64,000 nt of DNA, from the NCBI GenBank assembly GCA_024239035.1, contig JANBVK010000001.1, positions 423,062 to 487,061 of the forward strand, written 5' to 3'. The position numbers were made by a program, and so were the translations under genes. The DNA comes from Patescibacteria group bacterium (GTDB lineage: Bacteria > Patescibacteriota > Minisyncoccia > UBA6257 > GWB1-50-10). The notes beneath the pieces are model-generated. The model searched no databases. It was not told the DNA's origin and saw only the letters and a list, made by a program, of their open reading frames with translations. This document shows positions 28,841 to 36,176 of the stretch, piece after piece (positions within the stretch are counted from its first letter, which is position 1; each line of letters begins with the position of its first letter).

Positions 28841-28970
28841 AAGCTTCTTTGTCTTTGAAAAGAGAAACGCCACCAATAAGAAAAAGCCCCTACGATTTAT
28901 TTGTCGCAAGGGCCTGATTCCTCTATGTGCCCACCAAAAGGTGGGTAATAGAAATCCAGTGCTAGGGTTA

Positions 28971-29468
28971 CTACTCGCTGGAGATGGCGATACGGTCGCT
29001 CCGGAAGAGATATGCGTTATTGTACCCATTCTCCAAAAGGTACCAGCGGCATTTCCAGTATCCACCCATCTGAGGGAGGCTTAAGCCGAGCCGTCCATAG
29101 TCATGGTTGGAATCTACCACAACTATACCTGGGAAAAGAATAGAAATACTACCGCGGAGCGCTACTAATTCAGGGAATTCGTTTTGATGTTCTACGAGCC
29201 AGGCAGCGTGCTGATAACCAAGTAGGAAATCTAGCTTCGGTGCGATGCGGCACTCATACTCAAATGGGTTGATATAATCCTCATCGTCCCGCAGAATAGT
29301 GCCTAGTCGGAATGTAACCTCCCCCGTTGGAGAACTATCCCGCTCAATCCTCTTAATTGAGGAACGATCCATTCGGACGTTCTCTAGGGTTGGCCGCCGA
29401 AGACCTGGGATCTGTAACGTGAGTTCATCAGCTAGGATGATAGCCTCAGCAGTTGGCTGTTGTGACAT
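28971..29468 (-). CDS. hypothetical protein (165 aa) under promoter cassette copy 3
   Basis: ORF with an upstream GGAGG Shine-Dalgarno sequence. No recognisable motifs. GC-richer than neighbouring genes. Confidence 0.45.
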   Translation of the reverse strand: MSQQPTAEAIILADELTLQIPGLRRPTLENVRMDRSSIKRIERDSSPTGEVTFRLGTILRDDEDYINPFEYECRIAPKLDFLLGYQHAAWLVEHQNEFPELVALRGSISILFPGIVVVDSNHDYGRLGLSLPQMGGYWKCRWYLLENGYNNAYLFRSDRIAISSE

Positions 29469-29530
29469 GTTCTCTCCTCCTTATGTCAAGTATTGTTAGT
29501 TACCCATCTTCAACTGTAAGTTTCTGGTTC

Positions 29531-29583
29531 ATAATATATCATAGAGTATATAGTTTGTCAAATTAAGGTTTAGGTTATATAAT
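29531..29583. promoter_or_regulatory. promoter cassette copy 3; bidirectional
   Basis: On the minus strand TTGACA-17-TATATT serves the 165-aa gene. On the plus strand TTGTCA, a 17-nt spacer, then TATAAT (29555..29583) sits about 40 nt upstream of tRNA-Leu. The shared TTTGTCAAA core is a near-palindrome used as the -35 element in both directions. Confidence 0.55.
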
Positions 29584-29621
29584 ATCACTTACTTGAAGGG
29601 CAGGTGGTGTTCGCCCGCAAT

Positions 29622-29703
29622 GCCGAAGTGGCGGAATTGGCAGACGCGCCAGGTTTAGGACCTGGTGGGGAAACCCGTGAGAGTTCGAGTCTCTCCTTCG
29701 GCA
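29622..29703 (+). tRNA. tRNA-Leu(TAG), type II with a long variable arm
   Basis: Acceptor stem gccgaag/cttcggc. Anticodon stem ccagg/cctgg with loop ttTAGga. T-arm gagag-ttcgagt-ctctc. CCA is not encoded. Confidence 0.8.
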
Positions 29704-29704
29704 C

Positions 29705-29897
29705 ACCTGAAATTTTAGATGCCTTTTGTGGTATCTAAAATTTTATCTGAAGGTAGGGAATCGAACACGAAGGGGGGTCGGGGGAAAGTTTGAGGTTCCC
29801 CCGTGTTGGAAATTATTCAAAACCGAGGGTTGTGAAAGCGCACCGAGCACATAAAGCCTTATGTGCTCGGGAGCAGTGAGATTCTCTCCTTCGGCAC
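29705..29897 (+). repeat. tRNA-trailer element copy A
   Basis: Order: AT-rich hairpin (29710..29743), conserved core (29752..29838), GC hairpin (29843..29870), then a 15-nt duplicate of the tRNA-Leu 3' end (29883..29897). The core is about 80 percent identical to the 63596..63683 core on the opposite strand downstream of tRNA-Ser. Confidence 0.6.
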
Positions 29898-29902
29898 TAA
29901 CT

Positions 29903-29938
29903 TGAACGGCTCAACGACATTCCTCGTTGAGCCGTTCG
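29903..29938. repeat. palindromic hairpin sharing its stem sequence with the 11449..11487 hairpin
   Basis: Sequence gaacggctcaacga-cattcct-tcgttgagccgttc. The 12-nt stem core aacggctcaacg is identical to the stem at 11452. Confidence 0.5.
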
Positions 29939-29981
29939 ATAATATTGACAAAGTTCCTGATAGGACATACTTTGAGAAATA

Positions 29982-30464
29982 ATGAACCTGCTTTTTAATA
30001 GTTCTTTTGGATTAAAACTCGATGTCGCCCAGGTGGTTCGGGAAGTCGTGCGTTTCATGAAGGCTGATCCGAAAAGACAGTACAAAATTATTATTGGCAC
30101 GGACTCAGAACGGTTAGCCAGTAAAGACGCCGATTTCGTGACGGCGGTAGTGGTTCATCGTTTAGGAAACGGCGGCAGGTATTTTTGGCGGCGAATTAAA
30201 TTAGGAAAGTTTCATACAATCCGCGACCGGATTATCAAAGAAGTTATGCTTTCTCTCGAGACGGCACATCTCGTATTAGCGGAGCTAAAAAAAGACCCCC
30301 TCTCTGATAACTGGGGTTTTGAAATCCACGCTGATATTGGCGAGAACGGTGAGACTAAGGTACTTATCCAGGAAGTGGTAGGTATGATCAGGGCAAATAA
30401 TTTTGAGGTAAAGACTAAGCCCGATAGTTACGCCGCGACCAAGGTGGCAGACAGGCATGTATGA
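29982..30464 (+). CDS. RNase H-like fold protein (YkuK/DUF458-like)
   Basis: 160 aa with KIIIGTDSER..FVTAVVVHR. This resembles the DUF458 RNase H-like family from memory. The stop overlaps the next start (ATGA). Confidence 0.35.
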   Translation: MNLLFNSSFGLKLDVAQVVREVVRFMKADPKRQYKIIIGTDSERLASKDADFVTAVVVHRLGNGGRYFWRRIKLGKFHTIRDRIIKEVMLSLETAHLVLAELKKDPLSDNWGFEIHADIGENGETKVLIQEVVGMIRANNFEVKTKPDSYAATKVADRHV

Positions 30465-31033
30465 ACGACAAGATAGTTTTTGACATTGAAACAAAAAATT
30501 TATTTTCTGACGTTGGCGGTGAAGAAAATATAGATAAACTTGACGTTTCAGTAGTCGGCGTGTACTCGTATGATAAGGACGAGTATGTTTGTTTTGATGA
30601 GCAGGAACTTGATAAGCTCGGCGAGATGCTTAAAAATGCCGGGCTTTTGATAGGGTTTTGGAGCAAGCATTTTGATGTGCCGGTTTTGGAGAAATATTTT
30701 AAATTTAACTTATCCGCCATTCCTCATTTCGATATTTTAGAAGAAATTCAGAAGGAATTTGGCAGACGGATTAGCTTAGGATTACTGGCAGAAGCTAATT
30801 TGAATATTGGGAAAACCGGCCATGGTCTGGAAGCAATTGAAATGTACCGAAAGGGAGAAATTGAAAAATTAAAAAGTTATTGTCTCCAAGACGTGAAAGT
30901 AACAAAAGAAATCTTTGACCTTATCAAGAATCAGGGGTATCTTTGGATACCGCAAAGGGACGTCCCGCAGATGATTAAATTACCCTTAACTTACAAAGAA
31001 GAAATTTCTCCCCAGAATCAATTATTTGGATAG
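30461..31033 (+). CDS. DEDDy-type 3'-5' exonuclease (PolB-exonuclease-like)
   Basis: Exo I motif FDIETKN, Exo II motif GFWSKHFDVPVL, and Exo III motif YCLQDV (YxxxD) appear in order. Confidence 0.5.
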   Translation: MNDKIVFDIETKNLFSDVGGEENIDKLDVSVVGVYSYDKDEYVCFDEQELDKLGEMLKNAGLLIGFWSKHFDVPVLEKYFKFNLSAIPHFDILEEIQKEFGRRISLGLLAEANLNIGKTGHGLEAIEMYRKGEIEKLKSYCLQDVKVTKEIFDLIKNQGYLWIPQRDVPQMIKLPLTYKEEISPQNQLFG

Positions 31034-31106
31034 TCAAATTTCCCTGCCTGCCGGCAGGTAAGTACTACTGGGGTTGACCTCAAAACCGGAAATGCGTAAC
31101 CTATAA

Positions 31107-31430
31107 GTGTATAAACCAATGAATCCTCGAAAGAACAAAACATTAGTTACCGTCGTCGTGCTTTTTATGGTGTTCGGGTTGGTGATGGCCTATATTCCTT
31201 TCCTGTCTCCGCGGTCACTTGCGCCAGGAACCAGCGATCAGTTTTCACCGCCACAACCTCATGCGGCAACATTGGTATCACCACCAGTAGAAGTAGTGGA
31301 GGAAGTTGAGAAAGTTCAGGACTCAACTTCTTCAGAAAAAGTATCTCCACCGGAGAGTTTCTTAGGCTTAGAAGAAGAGAGTGAATTACTTGGTGAACTT
31401 GACAGTCTTTTGGATGATCTAGATCAGTAA
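31107..31430 (+). CDS. small membrane protein with an acidic C-terminal tail
   Basis: 107 aa. One transmembrane helix (LVTVVVLFMVFGLVMAYIPF). C-terminus EEESELLGELDSLLDDLDQ. Confidence 0.4.
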   Translation: MYKPMNPRKNKTLVTVVVLFMVFGLVMAYIPFLSPRSLAPGTSDQFSPPQPHAATLVSPPVEVVEEVEKVQDSTSSEKVSPPESFLGLEEESELLGELDSLLDDLDQ

Positions 31431-31458
31431 TTTATATTTTGTGAAAGTGTTTAATTAT

Positions 31459-31489
31459 TACCCGGACATTAGTCCGGGTAATTTTTTTT
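31459..31489 (+). terminator. rho-independent terminator
   Basis: Hairpin tacccggac-atta-gtccgggta followed by a T8 run. Confidence 0.7.
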
Positions 31490-31603
31490 GCAAGTATGAT
31501 GATATTGATATAATTTATGATTTTTATTAGAATATGCTGCAGGCACTTTAAAAAAATAGTTTAGTAATCACAATTCCGCTTCTTGGTTCTAGGAGGTGAG
31601 TTC

Positions 31604-31744
31604 ATGGGTCAGGGACTAGCTTTGGGAGACGGGGCGTTCATTAAAGATCCGGTGTTGGAGTGGCACAAGTGGCGACCCATCCTCGGTCCACACCTTAGAG
31701 TGGGAATGAGTACGGTTATCAGTACCGATGAGGAGATTTATTAG
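31604..31744 (+). CDS. possible 46-aa micro-protein with a strong Shine-Dalgarno sequence
   Basis: AGGAGGTG sits 6 nt upstream of the ATG. The translation is MGQGLALGDGAFIKDPVLEWHKWRPILGPHLRVGMSTVISTDEEIY. It overlaps the start of the 31728 ORF. Confidence 0.25.
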   Translation: MGQGLALGDGAFIKDPVLEWHKWRPILGPHLRVGMSTVISTDEEIY

Positions 31745-32009
31745 ATATCACCTTTCAATCGCGTTACCGGGAGAGGTAATCGGAGATGACGGCAAGCCGA
31801 CTTTTGTCCCGCTCTACATCAAGTTGGTAGATTCAGGGAATAGGGAATGCACCTACATCCGAGTGGATGCCCAAATGAACTTCGAAGAGGCTGATTCTAA
31901 AAAACCCAGTTCCTTCGTTGTCGCGGCTCGCCGGGTTGAGGAATGTACTGTCCCGCCGATTCTAAAACGAGCGATGCCAAGGAGAGCGCCGCCAAGACGT
32001 ATGAGGTGA
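31728..32009 (+). CDS. hypothetical small protein with an Arg-rich C-terminus
   Basis: 93-aa ORF ending RAMPRRAPPRRMR. A hairpin terminator at 32030..32060 follows directly. The start is uncertain. Confidence 0.25.
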   Translation: MRRFIRYHLSIALPGEVIGDDGKPTFVPLYIKLVDSGNRECTYIRVDAQMNFEEADSKKPSSFVVAARRVEECTVPPILKRAMPRRAPPRRMR

Positions 32010-32029
32010 ATTACCCAGTTTTAAGATTT

Positions 32030-32072
32030 AGAGCCCCGTGCTTATTACAGGCGGGGCTCTTCATGTTTTCTT
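32030..32072 (+). terminator. hairpin terminator
   Basis: agagccccg-tgcttattacag-gcggggctct, then a T-rich tract. Confidence 0.5.
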
Positions 32073-32144
32073 ATCGGCATTTACACAGCCGCTTAATTTG
32101 GTTATATTTAGAAAGTTAAAAGCCCCGATAGGCTTATAAAATAG

Positions 32145-33989
32145 ATGAAAACGTTTAGCAAAAATCTGTTTTGGGCAATCGCGACGTTTATTTTAATAAC
32201 GATTGTCTTTTCATTGCTCTTTAACTTAGGCACCCAAAAGCCGCCGGTGCTGAGCATTAATGAGGTGGTAAAGAAAATTAACGCCGGAGAAGTTAAAAGT
32301 ATTGCAGTATCCGGCGACTCCTTGGAACTTGTTTTGCAAGATGAGAGCAAGGCTGTCTCACAAAAAGAAGAAGAGACAAGTTTAACTGAAACTTTCAGCA
32401 ACTTCGGCGTTGAGTCCCAAGCACTCCAGTCCGTTGAACTCACCGTTAAAGAAGAAGGCGGAGTGAGGTTTTGGCTTGGAATTCTTATTCCAACCCTGCT
32501 TCCGATAATCATCATAGTTCTAATTTTTTGGTGGATTTTTCGTCAGGCAAAAACCGGTGTCAATCAGGCATTTTCTTTTGGTAAGGTAAATTTAAAATTA
32601 TTCACCCCTTCGCGCAAGAAAACAACCTTTAAAGACGTAGCCGGTCTTAAAGAATCTAAGGAAGAGTTAGAAGAAATTGTTGATTTCTTAAAGAGTCCAA
32701 AAAAATTCTTGGACATTGGGGCTCGAATTCCAAGAGGAGTCCTTTTAATGGGTCCACCAGGAACGGGGAAAACGCTTTTAGCCCGCGCAGTTGCCGGTGA
32801 ATCAAACGTTCCCTTCTTTCATATTTCTGCTTCAGAGTTTGTTGAAATGTTTGTTGGGGTTGGCGCGAGCCGCGTGCGAGACCTTTTTAAAACCGCGAAA
32901 AAAGCATCTCCGTCCATTATATTTATTGATGAGATTGATGCGGTTGGCCGCGAACGCGGCGCGGGTTTGGGCGGCGGACATGATGAGAGGGAACAGACCC
33001 TAAACCAAATTTTAGTTGAGATGGACGGGTTTGACAGAGATACAAATGTAATTGTTATGGCGGCAACAAACCGTCCAGATATTTTGGATCCGGCACTGCT
33101 CCGTCCCGGTAGGTTTGACAGGCGGGTTATTTTAGATATGCCTGACATCAATGATCGGGAGGCGATTTTAAAAATCCACGCCAGAGGCAAGCAACTTGAT
33201 AAGTCAGTAAATCTTAAAGCTGTAGGGGTAAGAACGCCGGGATTCTCCGGTGCAGATTTAGCAAACCTGGTAAACGAAGCCGCAATTTTAGCTGCTCACT
33301 CTAATCGTAAGCACATTACCCAGAATGATTTCTTTGAATCGGTTGAAAAAGTTATGCTTGGACCTGAGCGGAAAAGCAGGGTTGTTTCAGAAAGAGAAAG
33401 AGAGATAACTGCCTATCATGAAGCGGGGCATGCGCTTGTAGCGGCGAGTTTAAAAGACTCTGATCCGGTTCATAAGGTTTCTGTTGTGAGCCGAGGTATT
33501 GCCGGCGGGTACACACTGAAACTTCCCACCGAAGAGCGGAGACTAAAAACTAAAGCACAGTTTTTGGCAGATCTCGCAGTCGCCTTTGGCGGGTACGCCG
33601 CAGAACTTTTAAAGTTTAAAGATCTCTCAACAGGTTCATCTAATGACATTCACCAGGCAACCGCCCTCGCTCATAGGCTGGTTACTCAATATGGGATGAG
33701 TGATAAATTAGGACCCCGAACGTTTGGCAAAACCCAAGAGATGGTGTTTTTGGGCAGGGAGATTTCGACAGAAAAGGATTATTCGGAAGAGGTCGCTTCA
33801 CAAATTGACGAAGAAGTGAACAGTTTGATTAATAAAGCGCTTTCAGCCGCAAAGAGAATCGTATCTACCAAGAGACGGGTACTTGAGAAAATCGCCAAAA
33901 CGCTCATCGAGAAAGAAACGCTCGAGCAGAAGGAATTTTACAAAATCATAAAAAGCTTTAAACTAAGGCCGGTAAGGGTAGTAGGGTAG
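32145..33989 (+). CDS. ftsH: ATP-dependent zinc metalloprotease FtsH
   Basis: Two N-terminal transmembrane helices. Walker A motif GPPGTGKT is present. The second region of homology region is present. The zinc-binding HEAGHALV motif is present. Confidence 0.9.
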   Translation: MKTFSKNLFWAIATFILITIVFSLLFNLGTQKPPVLSINEVVKKINAGEVKSIAVSGDSLELVLQDESKAVSQKEEETSLTETFSNFGVESQALQSVELTVKEEGGVRFWLGILIPTLLPIIIIVLIFWWIFRQAKTGVNQAFSFGKVNLKLFTPSRKKTTFKDVAGLKESKEELEEIVDFLKSPKKFLDIGARIPRGVLLMGPPGTGKTLLARAVAGESNVPFFHISASEFVEMFVGVGASRVRDLFKTAKKASPSIIFIDEIDAVGRERGAGLGGGHDEREQTLNQILVEMDGFDRDTNVIVMAATNRPDILDPALLRPGRFDRRVILDMPDINDREAILKIHARGKQLDKSVNLKAVGVRTPGFSGADLANLVNEAAILAAHSNRKHITQNDFFESVEKVMLGPERKSRVVSEREREITAYHEAGHALVAASLKDSDPVHKVSVVSRGIAGGYTLKLPTEERRLKTKAQFLADLAVAFGGYAAELLKFKDLSTGSSNDIHQATALAHRLVTQYGMSDKLGPRTFGKTQEMVFLGREISTEKDYSEEVASQIDEEVNSLINKALSAAKRIVSTKRRVLEKIAKTLIEKETLEQKEFYKIIKSFKLRPVRVVG

Positions 33990-33992
33990 TGA

Positions 33993-34064
33993 CGGGCATG
34001 TAGCTCAATGGCAGAGCGCCAAGCTTATACCTTGGTGGTTCCTGGTTCGAATCCAGGCATGCCC
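33993..34064 (+). tRNA. tRNA-Ile(TAT) (anticodon UAU, an AUA decoder)
   Basis: Acceptor stem gggcatg/catgccc. D-arm gctc-aatggca-gagc. Anticodon stem ccaag/cttgg with loop ctTATac. T-arm cctgg-ttcgaat-ccagg. Confidence 0.65.
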
Positions 34065-34084
34065 ACCCTAATAAAATAATTAGA

Positions 34085-34165
34085 GGGCGTTTAGCTCAGC
34101 CCCAACGGGGCCCCTTCGGGGTGGTAGAGGTGTCGGGGGGCGTATTTCTCCGTTTACACCCTATT
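34085..34165 (+). pseudogene. degenerate partial copy of the tRNA-Val 5' half (pseudo-tRNA)
   Basis: gggcgtttagctcag...tggtagag...cgtttacacc mirrors the acceptor, D-arm and anticodon loop of the downstream tRNA-Val. An insertion of about 22 nt (ccccaacggggccccttcgggg) lies in the D-loop. No T-arm or 3' acceptor strand is present. Confidence 0.45.
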
Positions 34166-34190
34166 AGATTCTAAGTATGGTTAACCCTAA

Positions 34191-34262
34191 GGGCGCTTAG
34201 CTCAGTGGTAGAGCGACTCGTTTACACCGAGTAGGCCCGGGGTTCGATCCCTCGAGCGCCCA
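34191..34262 (+). tRNA. tRNA-Val(TAC)
   Basis: Acceptor stem gggcgct/agcgccc. D-arm gctc-agtggta-gagc. Anticodon stem actcg/cgagt with loop ttTACac. T-arm cgggg-ttcgatc-cctcg. Confidence 0.8.
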
Positions 34263-34301
34263 CACTTCGACTCGCATCCGCTCGCTCAGTGCGAGAGCAC
34301 C

Positions 34302-35195
34302 TTATTTTCTTCTGCGAGCGTGAAACGCTTCGTGTATGTCCCGGAGGTCTTTATTGGTGAGATGGGTGTAAACTTGAGTAGTTGAGATGTTCGCGTGGCC
34401 TAGAAGTTCCTGCACCGAGCGAAGGTCGGCACCGTTTATAAGGAGATCGGTTGCGAATGAATGGCGAAGCTGGTGAACATGCACCTTTTTGGGAATACCG
34501 GCTTGTCGTCCTCGAAGGTCTACTGCTCTTTGCACTGCCCGTGGTGTAATGCGGTCGAGCGCACCACCACTTCTTGAGAGACTTATAAATAATGCTTCAT
34601 TAGCATCTTCTCGTTTGTCTAAATATTTCTTGAGCGCTCGCTTTGTACCAACGGATAAAAAAACAACCCTTAACTTGTCTCCCTTACCGCGTACGGAAAT
34701 TTCCCCGCGACTCATATCTATTTTACGGTTTAAACTACAGAGTTCTGAGAGACGAAGACCGGTTGAAAATAAAGTTTCTAAAATTGCTCTGTCGCGAAGT
34801 GAACGTAGATCATTGCCCTTTGGAGCTTGGAGCAATCGCTCAAGCTCGTTGTAATCCAACGTTTCGATGTCCCTCCTCACAACTTTTGGAAGCTCAATAG
34901 TTTCAGGCGGTAATACCTTAATACCGCGTTTCACAAGATATTTTAAGAAGTTTCTGAGAGCAATTACGTAGTAACTTTGAGTGATTTTTTTAAGTTTACC
35001 CCGGCCGAGCAATATGCGGAAATCTCGAATCACTTCTTGAGTGATTTCTTTAGGAGAACGAATGTGGGATTTTTCTATAAATACACGAAGATATTGTTCG
35101 TAATTCTCCCGTGTTTTTGGGGAGCGGTTTTTTTCAATTTCTAGGTAATCAAGATAATCTTTTAATAATTTTTCTATTTCAGACATTAATTTCAT
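34302..35195 (-). CDS. tyrosine recombinase XerC/XerD family
   Basis: The C-terminal catalytic region HQLRHSFATDLLINGADLRSVQELLGHANISTTQVYTHL carries the R..HxxR..Y residues. The probable start is MKLMSEIEKLL (35195) rather than the 35399 extension. It lies 40 bp from the tRNA-Val 3' end. Confidence 0.8.
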   Translation of the reverse strand: MKLMSEIEKLLKDYLDYLEIEKNRSPKTRENYEQYLRVFIEKSHIRSPKEITQEVIRDFRILLGRGKLKKITQSYYVIALRNFLKYLVKRGIKVLPPETIELPKVVRRDIETLDYNELERLLQAPKGNDLRSLRDRAILETLFSTGLRLSELCSLNRKIDMSRGEISVRGKGDKLRVVFLSVGTKRALKKYLDKREDANEALFISLSRSGGALDRITPRAVQRAVDLRGRQAGIPKKVHVHQLRHSFATDLLINGADLRSVQELLGHANISTTQVYTHLTNKDLRDIHEAFHARRRK

Positions 35196-35348
35196 TATAT
35201 CAGAAGTGTCGTAAAAGGAGGATTGTTGCGTCAAAAATTCTTTTGACGCAAAATCCCGCGGAGATCTTACAACGCCTTGAAAAATGCCATAAAATCTCCA
35301 TCTTTGACATTTTTTCGCTTTTATAGTAGCCTTGTATTTAACATCTAA

Positions 35349-35615
35349 ATGCTCTCTAAAAGAAAGAAACAGTTTGCTATTAAGGAATACCAAAAACATA
35401 AGACTGATACGGGATCCGCGGAAGTACAGGTTGGGCTTTTGACGAAGCGGATTAAAGAATTAGCGGATCATCTAAAAAAGCACCCGAAAGATCACCATTC
35501 TCGACGGGGACTTTTGATAATGGTGGGTAAACGTAGAAAGTTTTTACAATACCTTCGTCGGGAAAATGAAAAAGTTTACGATAAACTGGCGAAGAAACTA
35601 AAATTAGAGGTTTAA
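35349..35615 (+). CDS. rpsO: 30S ribosomal protein S15
   Basis: 88 aa. [48 protein letters not shown] matches S15. Confidence 0.85.
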   Translation: MLSKRKKQFAIKEYQKHKTDTGSAEVQVGLLTKRIKELADHLKKHPKDHHSRRGLLIMVGKRRKFLQYLRRENEKVYDKLAKKLKLEV

Positions 35616-35633
35616 CACTGACATCAGGTTTTT

Positions 35634-36176
35634 ATGAAGGATAGTATTGATACTAAAAAGTATCCAGCCCAGCGGGTGGGGATTTTTATTGACGTTCAAA
35701 ATGTTTACCATTCAGCTAAAAATCTTTATAACTCCAGAGTTAATTTTCAGGAATTAATTAAAACGTTATTGGGGAACCGCCACCTAATCAGGGCGGTGGC
35801 TTACGTTGTAAAGAGTGAAACTGCCTTAGGAGAAAAGTCTTTTTTCGAGGCGTTAAAGAAAACTGGTTTGGAGCTTAGAATAAAAGACCTTCAGATATAC
35901 TCTAGTGGGGCCAAGAAGGCCGACTGGGATGTAGGTATGGCGGTGGATGCAATACGGATGGCGAATTCTTTAGATGTAGTTATCTTAGTGACTGGCGATG
36001 GAGATTTTGTTCCTTTAGTTGAGTATTTGAAGTGGGGTTTGGGGAGGCAAGTTGAAGTTGCTGCCTTTAGTCGTACTACATCAGGACGCCTTAAAGAATC
36101 GGCCGAAAAGTTTATTGAACTAGAGAACGTACCTAGAGTGTTGCTGAAGATTAGAAAAAGGGCGAGCAGTAAGTGA
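35634..36176 (+). CDS. NYN-domain (LabA-like) protein
   Basis: RVGIFIDVQNVYHS...AVAYVV...VILVTGDGDFVPLV is the NYN/PIN-like signature. Confidence 0.55.
   Translation: MKDSIDTKKYPAQRVGIFIDVQNVYHSAKNLYNSRVNFQELIKTLLGNRHLIRAVAYVVKSETALGEKSFFEALKKTGLELRIKDLQIYSSGAKKADWDVGMAVDAIRMANSLDVVILVTGDGDFVPLVEYLKWGLGRQVEVAAFSRTTSGRLKESAEKFIELENVPRVLLKIRKRASSK

Noticed and set aside
29744-29840. Possible tRNA on the strand opposite to the conserved element core (contains gtgttcgattccc, T-loop-like)
   Set aside because: I could not fold either copy into a cloverleaf. There is no pairing acceptor stem, no T-stem, and a 9-nt loop in the only good stem. The T-loop-like string is probably generic.
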